Shown here in pieces: positions 25,848-34,389 of a stretch of 56,790 nt of DNA. The notes under the pieces were generated by a model, which made no database searches, had not been told where the DNA came from, and saw nothing but the letters and a program-made list of their open reading frames with translations. The DNA is taken from positions 1 to 56,790 of the forward strand of contig DASSLQ010000107.1 of the NCBI GenBank assembly GCA_035689325.1, read 5' to 3'. The position numbers and the translations under genes were made by a program. Position 1 is the first letter of the stretch. Every line of letters begins with the position of its first letter. This DNA comes from Burkholderiales bacterium (lineage in GTDB: Bacteria > Pseudomonadota > Gammaproteobacteria > Burkholderiales > SG8-39).

Positions 25848-27604
25848 GTCATCACCGCCTGCTTGCCGGCGCCCCCGTAGTGACGCTGGCGGGGCGCGGA
25901 CTTGGTGATGGTTACCGGCTGGTGCTCTATGCGCGGAGCGCCATCGCCGCCGTGGTGAGCGAGCGTGTGCTTGAGGAAGTTGGCGTCGTCGCGCCGCTCG
26001 TAGCCGTCGAGGCGCTGGTGCGCGCCCCGCGACTCGCGGCGCGAGAGTGCCGAGTGCGCCATCGCCTCCGCCACTTCGAGCATGAAGCCGAGCTCGATCG
26101 CCGTAAGCCACTCGGTGTTGAAGGCCCGGCCGCGATCGTCGAGCTTCACGCCGCGCCGGTAGCGTTCGCGCAGCTCGGCGAGCTTGCTGCAGGCGGCCTT
26201 CATGCCGGACGCGTCGCGATAGATGCCCACGCCCTCCTCCATGGCGTCGCGCATCCCGTCGCGCAGCTTGGCCACGCGCTCGCCCTGCTCATTGCTCAAC
26301 ATCGCGCCAAAGCGGGCCGCCGATGCGGCGGCGGCCTCGACGTTGCGCACCGGCCGCGCGCTGCGCGCGAACTCGGCGGCCGCGTCGCCCGCGGCGCGGC
26401 CGAACACCACGATCTCGACCAGCGAATTCGAGCCCAGGCGGTTCGCGCCGTGGATGCCGACGCTCGCGCACTCGCCGGCCGCATACAGCCCCGCGAGCGG
26501 CGTCTCGCAGCGCACATTCGTGTAGATGCCGCCCATCGTGTAATGCACCGCCGGGCACACGGGGATCGGCTGCTTCACCGTATCGATGCCGGCGAAGGTC
26601 TTCGCCGCCTCGGTAATGAGCGGCAGGCGCTCGTGGATCTTCTTCGCGCCGAGGTGGCGCAGATCGAGGTGCACTGCCGGCCCCTGCGGCGTGGCGATGG
26701 TGCGGCCCTTGTGCAGCTCGTGCCAGAACGCCTGCGAGAGGCGGTCGCGCGGGCCGAGCTCCATCGCTTTCACGCGCGGCCACGGATCGACCGGGCCGAG
26801 GCCGTAGTCCTGGAGATAGCGATAGCCGTCCTTGTTGACGAGGATCGCGCCTTCGCCGCGGCATGCCTCGGTGATCAGGATGCCGGTGCCCGGGAGGCAG
26901 GTCGGGTGCCACTGCATGAACTCCATGTCGCGCAGCGGCGCGCCGTGGCGGAACGCGAGGCCCATGCCGTCGCCGGTAACGGTACCGGCGTTGGTGTTCT
27001 GGCGATAGACGCGCCCGGCACCGCCGGTCGCGAGCACTACGGCAGCGCATTCGATGAGCACGAACTCGCCGCTCGCGATATCGATCGTGAGCACACCGCG
27101 CACGCGGCCGTCCTCGACGATGAGATCGGCGCAGAAATGCTCGTCGTAACGCCGGATCTGCGGATACTTGAGCGACGTCTGGAAGAGCGTATGCAGGATG
27201 TGAAAGCCGCTGCGGTCCGCCGCGAACCAGGTACGCTGGATCGACATGCCGCCAAAGAAGCGCGTGTTGATCGTCCCGTCGCTCTTGCGGCTCCACGGAC
27301 AGCCCCAGTGCTCGAGCTGCATCAGCTCGGCGTTGCAGCGCTCGACGAAATAATCGACCACGTCCTGGTCGCACAGCCAGTCGCCGCCCGACACGGTGTC
27401 GTTGAAGTGCGCTTCCAGGCTGTCGTCATCGCGCGTGACGCCGGCCGCGCCGCCTTCGGCTGCCACGGTGTGGCTCCTCATCGGCAGCACCTTGGAGACG
27501 AGCGCGACAGTCAGGCGCGTGTCCTGCGCGGCCACGGCGAGGGCTGCGCGCAAGCCCGCGCCACCGGCGCCCACTACGACGACATCCGCCTTGGCCGATT
27601 GCAT
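25844..27604 (-). CDS. frdA: Fumarate reductase flavoprotein subunit
   Basis: 586 aa. Motifs VVVVGAGGAGLRAAL, SHTVAAEGG (covalent-FAD His context), HYTMGGI. Confidence 0.9.
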   Translation of the reverse strand: MQSAKADVVVVGAGGAGLRAALAVAAQDTRLTVALVSKVLPMRSHTVAAEGGAAGVTRDDDSLEAHFNDTVSGGDWLCDQDVVDYFVERCNAELMQLEHWGCPWSRKSDGTINTRFFGGMSIQRTWFAADRSGFHILHTLFQTSLKYPQIRRYDEHFCADLIVEDGRVRGVLTIDIASGEFVLIECAAVVLATGGAGRVYRQNTNAGTVTGDGMGLAFRHGAPLRDMEFMQWHPTCLPGTGILITEACRGEGAILVNKDGYRYLQDYGLGPVDPWPRVKAMELGPRDRLSQAFWHELHKGRTIATPQGPAVHLDLRHLGAKKIHERLPLITEAAKTFAGIDTVKQPIPVCPAVHYTMGGIYTNVRCETPLAGLYAAGECASVGIHGANRLGSNSLVEIVVFGRAAGDAAAEFARSARPVRNVEAAAASAARFGAMLSNEQGERVAKLRDGMRDAMEEGVGIYRDASGMKAACSKLAELRERYRRGVKLDDRGRAFNTEWLTAIELGFMLEVAEAMAHSALSRRESRGAHQRLDGYERRDDANFLKHTLAHHGGDGAPRIEHQPVTITKSAPRQRHYGGAGKQAVMT

Positions 27605-28294
27605 CTAGCGCCTGGTGATGGTCAGAAGCTGGTACAGGCCGCCGAAGAACGTTTGCTTCTCCACGCGAGCGACGGCGCCCGCCGGGAACCAGTCGGCGAT
27701 CTCGTGGCGCCAGAGATCCATGGCGAAGGGCTCGAGCGTCTTGAGGATGCCGACCATCGGCAGATAGAGCGGGTTCGATTTCCGCGGGCGGTGGTAATCG
27801 ACGATGACGAGCTGCCCTCCCGGCTTCACCACGCGCAGCGCCTCGGCGATGGTGCGCCGGCGCACGTCTTCGGGCTGCTCGTGCAGCAGGAAAAAGAGCA
27901 GCGCACGGTCATAGGCGCCGCTGGCGATGTCGAGCGCGGCGCTGTCGCCCTGCATCAGGCCGACGCGCGGATCGCCGGGGAGCTTGCGTGCGAGGTTGTC
28001 GAGTTGCACACGCAGGATGTCGACCACGTCGAGGCTGCCGCCGGTGCCAAGGCGCGAGCGCAGCCGGTCGGTAAGGTTGCCGTAGACGCAAGCGATCTGC
28101 AGCGTCCGCCCTTCGAGGCGCGCGCCGAGCGCGTCAAGCGCGGCGTCGCGCAGGCGGCCGAAGTTGCCCCACAGGATCAGGTTGACGAGCCATTGGCGCT
28201 CGAACAAGCGCACCGCGTTCGGGTGGACGTAGGCCCACCAGTAGGTCTGCGCGAGGTAGCGGGGTACGGCGATGGGTTCGATGGCGCGCTGCAA
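27605..28294 (-). CDS. rquA: Rhodoquinone biosynthesis methyltransferase-like protein RquA
   Basis: Pattern YWWAYVHPNAVRLFERQ..ILWG..LQIACVYG..FFLLHEQPEDVRR..VIVDYHRP..NPL..LEPFAMDLWRHEI matches what I recall of the RquA family (atypical QxACVYG motif I). Likely TTG start at 28294, 7 nt after AGGAG; the track start at 28363 is a TTG inside the regulatory box. The TAG stop abuts the frdA ATG. Confidence 0.65.
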   Translation of the reverse strand: MQRAIEPIAVPRYLAQTYWWAYVHPNAVRLFERQWLVNLILWGNFGRLRDAALDALGARLEGRTLQIACVYGNLTDRLRSRLGTGGSLDVVDILRVQLDNLARKLPGDPRVGLMQGDSAALDIASGAYDRALLFFLLHEQPEDVRRRTIAEALRVVKPGGQLVIVDYHRPRKSNPLYLPMVGILKTLEPFAMDLWRHEIADWFPAGAVARVEKQTFFGGLYQLLTITRR

Positions 28295-28349
28295 GTTTCG
28301 ACTCCTCCGGGTTACGCCGTCGATTGTGCGAGGCGCGCGCCGCGCCGAT

Positions 28350-28363
28350 TTGACCTGCGTCAA
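28350..28363. promoter_or_regulatory. Crp/Fnr-type box TTGACCTGCGTCAA upstream of rquA-frdABCD
   Basis: Exact palindrome. Centre about 62 bp upstream of the proposed rquA start and 47 nt downstream of the stop of the cytochrome gene at 28410. Confidence 0.65.
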
Positions 28364-28409
28364 AAAGGGGCGCCCGCGCGCCCCGATTCGGAATTTTCCG
28401 AGTCCGGCG

Positions 28410-28694
28410 CTACTTGGCCGCGAGCACCTGCTCGACCGCGCTCTTCAGCTCCGCGTCCGAGGCATTGACCTTCATATGGCCTTTGCCTTCTTTCAGCTTG
28501 GCGACGAGCGCGGCCTCGGCGCCTTTATTGTCCTTGTACTTCGCCGCAACCTCCTTGAAGGCCGGGCCGACTTTCTTCTTGTCCATCTCGTGGCAGTTCA
28601 GGCAGCCCTTGGCCTTGAGGACGTCGGACTGAGCAAGGACAGCGCCGCTCGCAGCGGCGGCGACCACGGCAGCGGCAATCAGCAGGTTCTTCAT
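28410..28694 (-). CDS. Monohaem class I cytochrome c, MtoD-like
   Basis: 94 aa with signal peptide and a single CLNCH. VGPAFKEVAAKYK...KLKEGKGH pattern. Lies immediately downstream of an MtoB-type porin gene. Confidence 0.75.
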   Translation of the reverse strand: MKNLLIAAAVVAAAASGAVLAQSDVLKAKGCLNCHEMDKKKVGPAFKEVAAKYKDNKGAEAALVAKLKEGKGHMKVNASDAELKSAVEQVLAAK

Positions 28695-28709
28695 TCCTTG
28701 GTTCCTCGT

Positions 28710-30860
28710 CTAGAACTTGTACTTGGCGAGAGCGTACACGATGTTGGTGGTGTAGGGCTGGAAGGCGTACTGCCCGGTCGTGTAGGAGAAAGACGGAGCG
28801 GTGACGCCGACGGTCGTGACGTACTTCGTATTGTCGTAGCCGATGTCGCTGTACCAGTAGTGCTCGTACGCGTAGCCGCCGGTGAATTCCCAGCTGCGGT
28901 TGTAGTCGTAGATCGCGCGCAGGCTGAGGGACGTGCGCCGCGTATTGTCGAAGTTGTTGATCGGCTGGAACACGGTGGTGGCACCGCCCGGTTGCGCGGT
29001 AAAGTCGGCGGCGCCGTTGGTCTCCGCATAGGTCGCCGAGCCCTTCAGCGTCAGCTTCTCGCGCGGCTTCCAATCTGCGCCGACGCCAACTTCCCAGCTC
29101 TTGTCGGTGTTGTTGGCATTCCAGTTGTAGGTCGAAGTGGTCGGCGGCGCCGATGGATCGGGGTTGCCGGTGCCGACGCGGTGCGTCGACTTGAATTTCG
29201 TGTATTCGAAGTCGGTGAAGGCGAGCACGCGGAAGCGCGACGGATCGCCGTATCCGACGCTCAGGTACAGCTCCTGGCGCTGGTCGGACGTGCGGCCGAG
29301 CTGCGTGTCCTTGTAGTTGTTGTCCTTGAAGATCGCCTCCACGCCGACGTCGAAGCCGCCGCCCGGCACCATGTCCAGCACGGCCTTGATCAGGTTCTGG
29401 TTGACATTGGCGAAATCGAAGCGCCGCACGAAGAGGTCCATCGGGTTCGCCGCAAGCGTCGCGACGTCCGCCTCAAAATCCGAGCGCCGCTCCAGGAACT
29501 GGTACTTGACGCGGCTCGTCAGCCAGTCGAGGGAGCTGTTCTTCCACTCGACGAAGACTTTGTTGTCCTTGGTGCTCGGGAAATCGGCGCGCTCGCGCTC
29601 GGTGTGCAGGTATTCGTAGCCGCCGGAGAACCTGTTTTCGCGCGACAGGCGGTAGTTCGCCTCGGCCCCGATGTCGTGCCTGCGGTAGTGGAACAGGTCC
29701 GCGCTGCACAACACGCCCGCCGCAGCGGCGCAGTTGACGCGCGGGTCGGTCGAGCCCAGGCGCAGCCCCGACGCGACGGTCGGGTTGAACGTCATCTCGG
29801 TCGAATCGTTCTTCTGACTCGCGTAGTCGTAGTAGAGCCGCGTATCGAGCGTCTTCGTCGGATGCGAGGCGAGCGAGACCGAGGCGGTGGTGTTCTTGAT
29901 GTCGCCGTGGAAGCTGGACTCGTTCGGATTGGTGGCCGGGAACGCTCCCCCGGTGGAGAGCATCGTCTGCTGGATGTTCACGTCGTTGGTCAGGTGGCTC
30001 GTCGTGAAGCGCCCGGCGAGCGTCGAATCCATCGGCAGCTGACGCAGGTTGCCGTTGATGGCGAGCCGCGTGAGGTCGTTGCTCGGCGTAAGCACGGTCG
30101 TATCGAGGCCGTTGCCGAAGAAATCGTTCTGCCAGCGCAGCAGGGCGTTGCCGTTGTCGAAGCTGCTGTGCATGAGGTTTATCGCGAGATGTCCGCGCTT
30201 GCTGGAGTAGCCAGCCTCGCCGCTCACATTGCGCGTCGTGTAGTCGATCGGCGTGGGCAGGTCCATGAAGCCGTTGCCGGGGCTCGTGCCTTTGGCGCCT
30301 GCGAACACATTGATGCCCTTGCGCGTCACCTCGTTGCCGTCGAGGCGGAAATAGAAGGGCGACGCCGCCTGCCACTCGGCGAAGCCGCCGACGTCCCTGC
30401 GCTTGTAGGAGTGGTCGAAGCTATTCCAGGTCGCGGGGTTGGTGTTCGGGAACGTACCCGTGAGCGTGGTGCCGCCGATGCCGATGTACGGCGAGAGCGC
30501 GCCGGGACCCGAGCCGAAGTTGTGCCGCAGCTCGTTGTCGTAAAGGCGGTACTTGTACGTGCCGTAGCGTCCGCCCTGCAGGTTGAGGTACTGGTCATCG
30601 CGCCCGAGGTTCTCGCCGTAAGCGTTGAGATAGTTCGATTCGCCGCGCTGCCGCAGCTCGAAGGCGCCGATCGGCTTCGTGCCTTCGCTCAGATCGCGAT
30701 ACTCATTCAGCTTCGAGGGATCGCTGGCACTCTCGCTGACATGGCGGCCGCCGACGGTGACCGAGCCGGACCATTCCTTCTGCGTTTGGGTCTCCTGGGC
30801 TCCCGCGAACGTGGGAACGAACAGCCCTGCGACGAGAACCGATAAGAGCTTGCGTTCCAT
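28710..30860 (-). CDS. mtoB: MtrB/PioB/MtoB-family outer-membrane porin (module 1)
   Basis: 716 aa with signal peptide. LNEYRDLSEGT...YLNLQGGRYGTYKYRLYDNELRHNF is typical of the family. Beta-strand-rich, ends in aromatic ...AKYKF. Confidence 0.8.
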   Translation of the reverse strand: MERKLLSVLVAGLFVPTFAGAQETQTQKEWSGSVTVGGRHVSESASDPSKLNEYRDLSEGTKPIGAFELRQRGESNYLNAYGENLGRDDQYLNLQGGRYGTYKYRLYDNELRHNFGSGPGALSPYIGIGGTTLTGTFPNTNPATWNSFDHSYKRRDVGGFAEWQAASPFYFRLDGNEVTRKGINVFAGAKGTSPGNGFMDLPTPIDYTTRNVSGEAGYSSKRGHLAINLMHSSFDNGNALLRWQNDFFGNGLDTTVLTPSNDLTRLAINGNLRQLPMDSTLAGRFTTSHLTNDVNIQQTMLSTGGAFPATNPNESSFHGDIKNTTASVSLASHPTKTLDTRLYYDYASQKNDSTEMTFNPTVASGLRLGSTDPRVNCAAAAGVLCSADLFHYRRHDIGAEANYRLSRENRFSGGYEYLHTERERADFPSTKDNKVFVEWKNSSLDWLTSRVKYQFLERRSDFEADVATLAANPMDLFVRRFDFANVNQNLIKAVLDMVPGGGFDVGVEAIFKDNNYKDTQLGRTSDQRQELYLSVGYGDPSRFRVLAFTDFEYTKFKSTHRVGTGNPDPSAPPTTSTYNWNANNTDKSWEVGVGADWKPREKLTLKGSATYAETNGAADFTAQPGGATTVFQPINNFDNTRRTSLSLRAIYDYNRSWEFTGGYAYEHYWYSDIGYDNTKYVTTVGVTAPSFSYTTGQYAFQPYTTNIVYALAKYKF

Positions 30861-30869
30861 GTGCCCCCC

Positions 30870-31832
30870 TTAGCGGAAGAAGAGCTTGCCGCGCACCGCA
30901 GGCGCGTTGCTGCCGTGCAGGTTGTAGTGACAGTTGACGCAGCCGCGCGCGATGAGCCGGGTGTTCTGCGTGCCGGTCCAGGAGCCGCTCGCGTCGTAGA
31001 TCGTGCCCGGATGCCGGGACGCGTCGTGGCAGTCCTGGCAGACGTTGGGCGCCTTTTCGGCAAGCAGCCGCGCGTGGTTCGCGCCATGCGGGTTATGGCA
31101 GGTGAGGCAGTTCTCCTCGACCGGCGGATGGTTCCAGACGAACGGGCCGCGCTTTTCCGCATGGCAGCTGGTGCAGAGCTGCGGGATCGATTCGGCGTTG
31201 ACCATCGCCTTGGAAAGCGCGCCGTGCGGGTTGTGGCAGTCGGTGCACGCGAGCTTGCCCTCGATGATCGGGTGATGCGACGGCTTGAGCAGCTGCGAGC
31301 GGATCTGCTTGTGGCAGGTCGTGCAGGTCTCGTACTGCAGCTGGCGCTCCGTGGTCTGGAACGGCGCGACCGTGGGGTTGGGCTTCTTCAGCGCGATCGT
31401 CGCGCCCGGCCCGGGCTTGCCGTGCAGGCTGTGGCAGTCGTTGCACGCCACGTCCTGCTTCTTGTGCGCACCCGAGTCCCAGAAGGCGAGGTGGCGGTTG
31501 CCCTGGTGGCAGGAGAGGCAGACGCCGGCCTTCTGGCCGGCGGGGATTGCCGGGTTGTTGAAGCCGACGATGCCGCCGACGCCGCGGCCGCCGCCAAGTT
31601 TGGCGTGCTCGAGCGCGGTGCCGTGGCAGGTCGTGCAGGTCGGGCCGGCGACGTTGCCGACCTGGCCGTGCTTCGTCTCGAAGTAGCTCTGGACCTGGTC
31701 GGCGTGGCAATTCTTGCAGACCTCGGACTCGGGGGCCTTGGGTTTCTCTTGTTGTCCTAGCGCAGGCGCCCCGGCCAACACGGCGACGCAAGCGAACGCG
31801 GCCGACAGAACACGCAGTAGTAAGCCCTGCAT
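30870..31832 (-). CDS. mtoA: Periplasmic decahaem cytochrome c, MtrA/MtoA/PioA/DmsE family (module 1)
   Basis: ATG at 31832 preceded by GGAGGAG. 320 aa with signal peptide and ten CXXCH motifs (CKNCH...CVNCH). Confidence 0.85.
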   Translation of the reverse strand: MQGLLLRVLSAAFACVAVLAGAPALGQQEKPKAPESEVCKNCHADQVQSYFETKHGQVGNVAGPTCTTCHGTALEHAKLGGGRGVGGIVGFNNPAIPAGQKAGVCLSCHQGNRHLAFWDSGAHKKQDVACNDCHSLHGKPGPGATIALKKPNPTVAPFQTTERQLQYETCTTCHKQIRSQLLKPSHHPIIEGKLACTDCHNPHGALSKAMVNAESIPQLCTSCHAEKRGPFVWNHPPVEENCLTCHNPHGANHARLLAEKAPNVCQDCHDASRHPGTIYDASGSWTGTQNTRLIARGCVNCHYNLHGSNAPAVRGKLFFR

Positions 31833-31905
31833 TGTTGTCTCCTCCAGTGCGGCTCGCGCATGCACGCGCCGACGAGCCATTGAACTGCGTTGGCGTCATC
31901 ATCGT

Positions 31906-31919
31906 TTGATCTGGAGCAA
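31906..31919. promoter_or_regulatory. Degenerate Crp/Fnr-like box TTGATCTGGAGCAA
   Basis: One mismatch in the right half-site. Centre is exactly 40 bp from the box at 31946. Confidence 0.3.
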
Positions 31920-31945
31920 AGCGCCTGCGGGAGAGCCGCCAAACG

Positions 31946-31959
31946 TTGACCGGCATCAA
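31946..31959. promoter_or_regulatory. Crp/Fnr-type box TTGACCGGCATCAA upstream of mtoA (module 1)
   Basis: Exact palindrome in the 193-bp gap between the module-2 porin stop and the module-1 mtoA start. Confidence 0.6.
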
Positions 31960-32025
31960 CGTCCAAGAGGGCGGGAATGACCGGCGCCGGGGCGAGCGCC
32001 GCGAATCCGAAATCTGCGAAACGTC

Positions 32026-34374
32026 TTAGAAGTTGTAGATCAAGCTCGCGTAGACGACGTTGACAGAGTAGCTCGGCGCCCGCTGGTTCGTCGGCAGCAC
32101 CGCTGTCGGCGTGAACCCGGTCTGCATGCCGTTGTAGATGAAGTCATCGCTCGTCAGGTGCTGATAGAGATAGCCGAGCTTGAATGTCGACTGCTTCGTC
32201 ACCTGATAGAGGCCGCTGATCTTGAACTGGAAGAGCTTGTTCGTGATGAGCGGCGTAGGGACGCAGGTCAGGAAGAAAGGATCGGCGCAAGTCCTTCCGC
32301 TTGCATCCGTCGTCGAATAGTTCAGGACGGTGCTGTACTCAGTCCTGGTGTACGAATAGAGTGCATCGCCGAGAAGGTCCAGCCGTCCGCCCATGAATCC
32401 GCCGTGTTTGACACCAACGCCGATGGTGCTGTCGCTGTCTTTCATGGCGTTGCTCCAAGTGGCACCGGAGGGCACGCCGATCGTGGTGGCGCCGGGAGCG
32501 GTAGGAGTGGTCGTGGGCGATCTTTGCTGGTTGGTCAGGTCGCGTATGCGCTCCTGCTGAGTCCAATACGCGGTGATCGTGCCGTTTTCGTGATACCGGT
32601 AAGTGCCGTCGGCATTCAGGGACCATGACTTGCCGCGCTGCATGCCGAAGTCGGTGCCGTAATTGTCTACGGTGAGGCGCCCGTTCAGCCCCAGAGACAG
32701 CCGGTCGGCTGCCTCCCAGTTGGCTCCGGCCTTCAGCATGTTCTGCTTGCGCGACGCTTCGAAGAACGGATTGAAGCCTCTGAACTCGCCACCGTTGATA
32801 CCGGTGATGCCCGCGGGCGTACCTACGCCAGGAAGCGCTGGCGCCACGACGGCGTTGCCGTCCAGGCCAATCATGGGGGCTCGTGCGGTCAGATCGCGGT
32901 CTGATCTGCGGTTGCTGAAGCTGTAAGACGCGTTCAGGTTAAGTCCGTCAGCGGCTCTCAGCCTATAGAGGACGCCGAGCTTGTCTTCTTTGGTGCGCGG
33001 TACGGTCACACAGTTGGTGCCCGGCGCGTAGGGTGGCGTGCCGCCGCCCGACGCGTACTGGTTGCAGAAGCGGTGCGTATCGTCGTGGTTATACGCGAGC
33101 CGCAGTTTCTGGCTCGTGCTCAGCCGATAATCTCCAGCGAGCTCAGCTTGTTCCTTCTTGTAACTGAGTGGCGCATTCGGATAGTTGGCCGTATTCCCGC
33201 CGCTGATCGCGTTGTAGTTGTAAATGTTCGAAGCGGTCTGGTTGTCGCGGTAGTCGTACTTGAACCCGCCGGACAAGATCAGGTTGCGGGTAGTCTGGTC
33301 GGTGATCTTGAGATCGGCGTGGGAGGTCTTCACGACGCCGTCCAGCGACGTGGTCGGCGCCGGCGTCACCATCACCGTGGGCACGATGTTGTCGTAGGCG
33401 TAGACCATGTCCTGCCTGTTGTAGCCATAGGAAAGACCGCCGGCCAGCTTGGTTCTCGCCGATAGCGCATAGCCTCCGGTGAAGTTGAGCTGGTGGAACT
33501 GGCTGCTCGGCGGCGTGCCCATGGTTTCGTTCACGTTCGCGCCGGCCCAGGTCGTGAATCTCACCCCGTTGTAGTTATCCTGGAAATACGAGCCGAAGTA
33601 CGACAACGTCGCGTTCGACCTGCTGCCAAGCCAATTCAGGGCCAGATTGACCGTGTCGGTGGTGTAGTTCGTGGGCATCGGCAGTATGGCCGGCCTCTCC
33701 CCGGTAGCGCCGCTGATGGCGGCGGCGCCGAATGCCATCAGTTTCGCGCCCGACTGTTCGAGATGGTTTGCTTCCAGCTTGACACTCCAGCGCGGATCAA
33801 TGATGAGGGTGCCGCTGGCCGAGGTGTTTTCCCGCTCGTTGCTGATCTTCATGGTTTGAAACTGCCCGAGCTGCGCGGCCGAGAGCGTGCGCGCATTCGC
33901 GGCGGTACCGAAGCTCGGCAGGGTGAAGCTGTTGCCGCCCATGCTGCCGGTATACGGCGTCTGGTAGCTGTCCGACGTGTAGTGCGTCAGCTGATCGAAG
34001 CCGACGCCGATGGTCCACCGGCCCTGATCGCCTACCGTGGCGGCCAGGCTACGCGAAGTCAGGCCGAGATCCGTGCCGATCAATTGCCAGCGTCTGGTGC
34101 CATTGCCGTCCGCGTAGGCGTCGCCGCCGCGGACGTCGAAGTTGCCGATCAGGTAGGCGCCAGACCTGACGAGCCCGGTGTACTCGCCGAACTTGTAGGA
34201 ATCCTTCGAAACCGTCGCCACGCCGAGCTCCACGAAGTTCGGCGGCGCTCTGAGCGAGCCGAGTTGCGTGTCCTGAGCACGGGCAGGCACGGCGGCCATC
34301 GCGATGAGCACTCCCTGTACCGCGAGCGCGATCGCGCTTGCTTTGACTTTTTCGTTACGCGTTTTCATCGCCAT
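32026..34374 (-). CDS. mtoB: MtrB/PioB/MtoB-family outer-membrane porin (module 2, larger)
   Basis: 782 aa. YKFGEYTGLVRSGAYLIGNFDVRGGD is typical of the family; ends ...SLIYNF. The start may be the second ATG at 34368, which has better SD spacing. Confidence 0.8.
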   Translation of the reverse strand: MAMKTRNEKVKASAIALAVQGVLIAMAAVPARAQDTQLGSLRAPPNFVELGVATVSKDSYKFGEYTGLVRSGAYLIGNFDVRGGDAYADGNGTRRWQLIGTDLGLTSRSLAATVGDQGRWTIGVGFDQLTHYTSDSYQTPYTGSMGGNSFTLPSFGTAANARTLSAAQLGQFQTMKISNERENTSASGTLIIDPRWSVKLEANHLEQSGAKLMAFGAAAISGATGERPAILPMPTNYTTDTVNLALNWLGSRSNATLSYFGSYFQDNYNGVRFTTWAGANVNETMGTPPSSQFHQLNFTGGYALSARTKLAGGLSYGYNRQDMVYAYDNIVPTVMVTPAPTTSLDGVVKTSHADLKITDQTTRNLILSGGFKYDYRDNQTASNIYNYNAISGGNTANYPNAPLSYKKEQAELAGDYRLSTSQKLRLAYNHDDTHRFCNQYASGGGTPPYAPGTNCVTVPRTKEDKLGVLYRLRAADGLNLNASYSFSNRRSDRDLTARAPMIGLDGNAVVAPALPGVGTPAGITGINGGEFRGFNPFFEASRKQNMLKAGANWEAADRLSLGLNGRLTVDNYGTDFGMQRGKSWSLNADGTYRYHENGTITAYWTQQERIRDLTNQQRSPTTTPTAPGATTIGVPSGATWSNAMKDSDSTIGVGVKHGGFMGGRLDLLGDALYSYTRTEYSTVLNYSTTDASGRTCADPFFLTCVPTPLITNKLFQFKISGLYQVTKQSTFKLGYLYQHLTSDDFIYNGMQTGFTPTAVLPTNQRAPSYSVNVVYASLIYNF

Positions 34375-34389
34375 CTCCGATCTCCGGGC

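Noticed and set aside
25880-28468. 862-aa plus-strand ORF opposite frdA/rquA. Similar very long antisense ORFs occur at 28272..30845, 36240..38792, 47271..49682, 20959..22794, 33493..35355, 1842..3305, 3182..4330, 4254..5660, 14913..16472 and 51221..52654.
   Set aside because: Their Arg/Ala/Gly/His-rich, motif-free translations are typical of open off-frames in high-GC DNA. Each lies opposite a gene with strong, recognisable family motifs.
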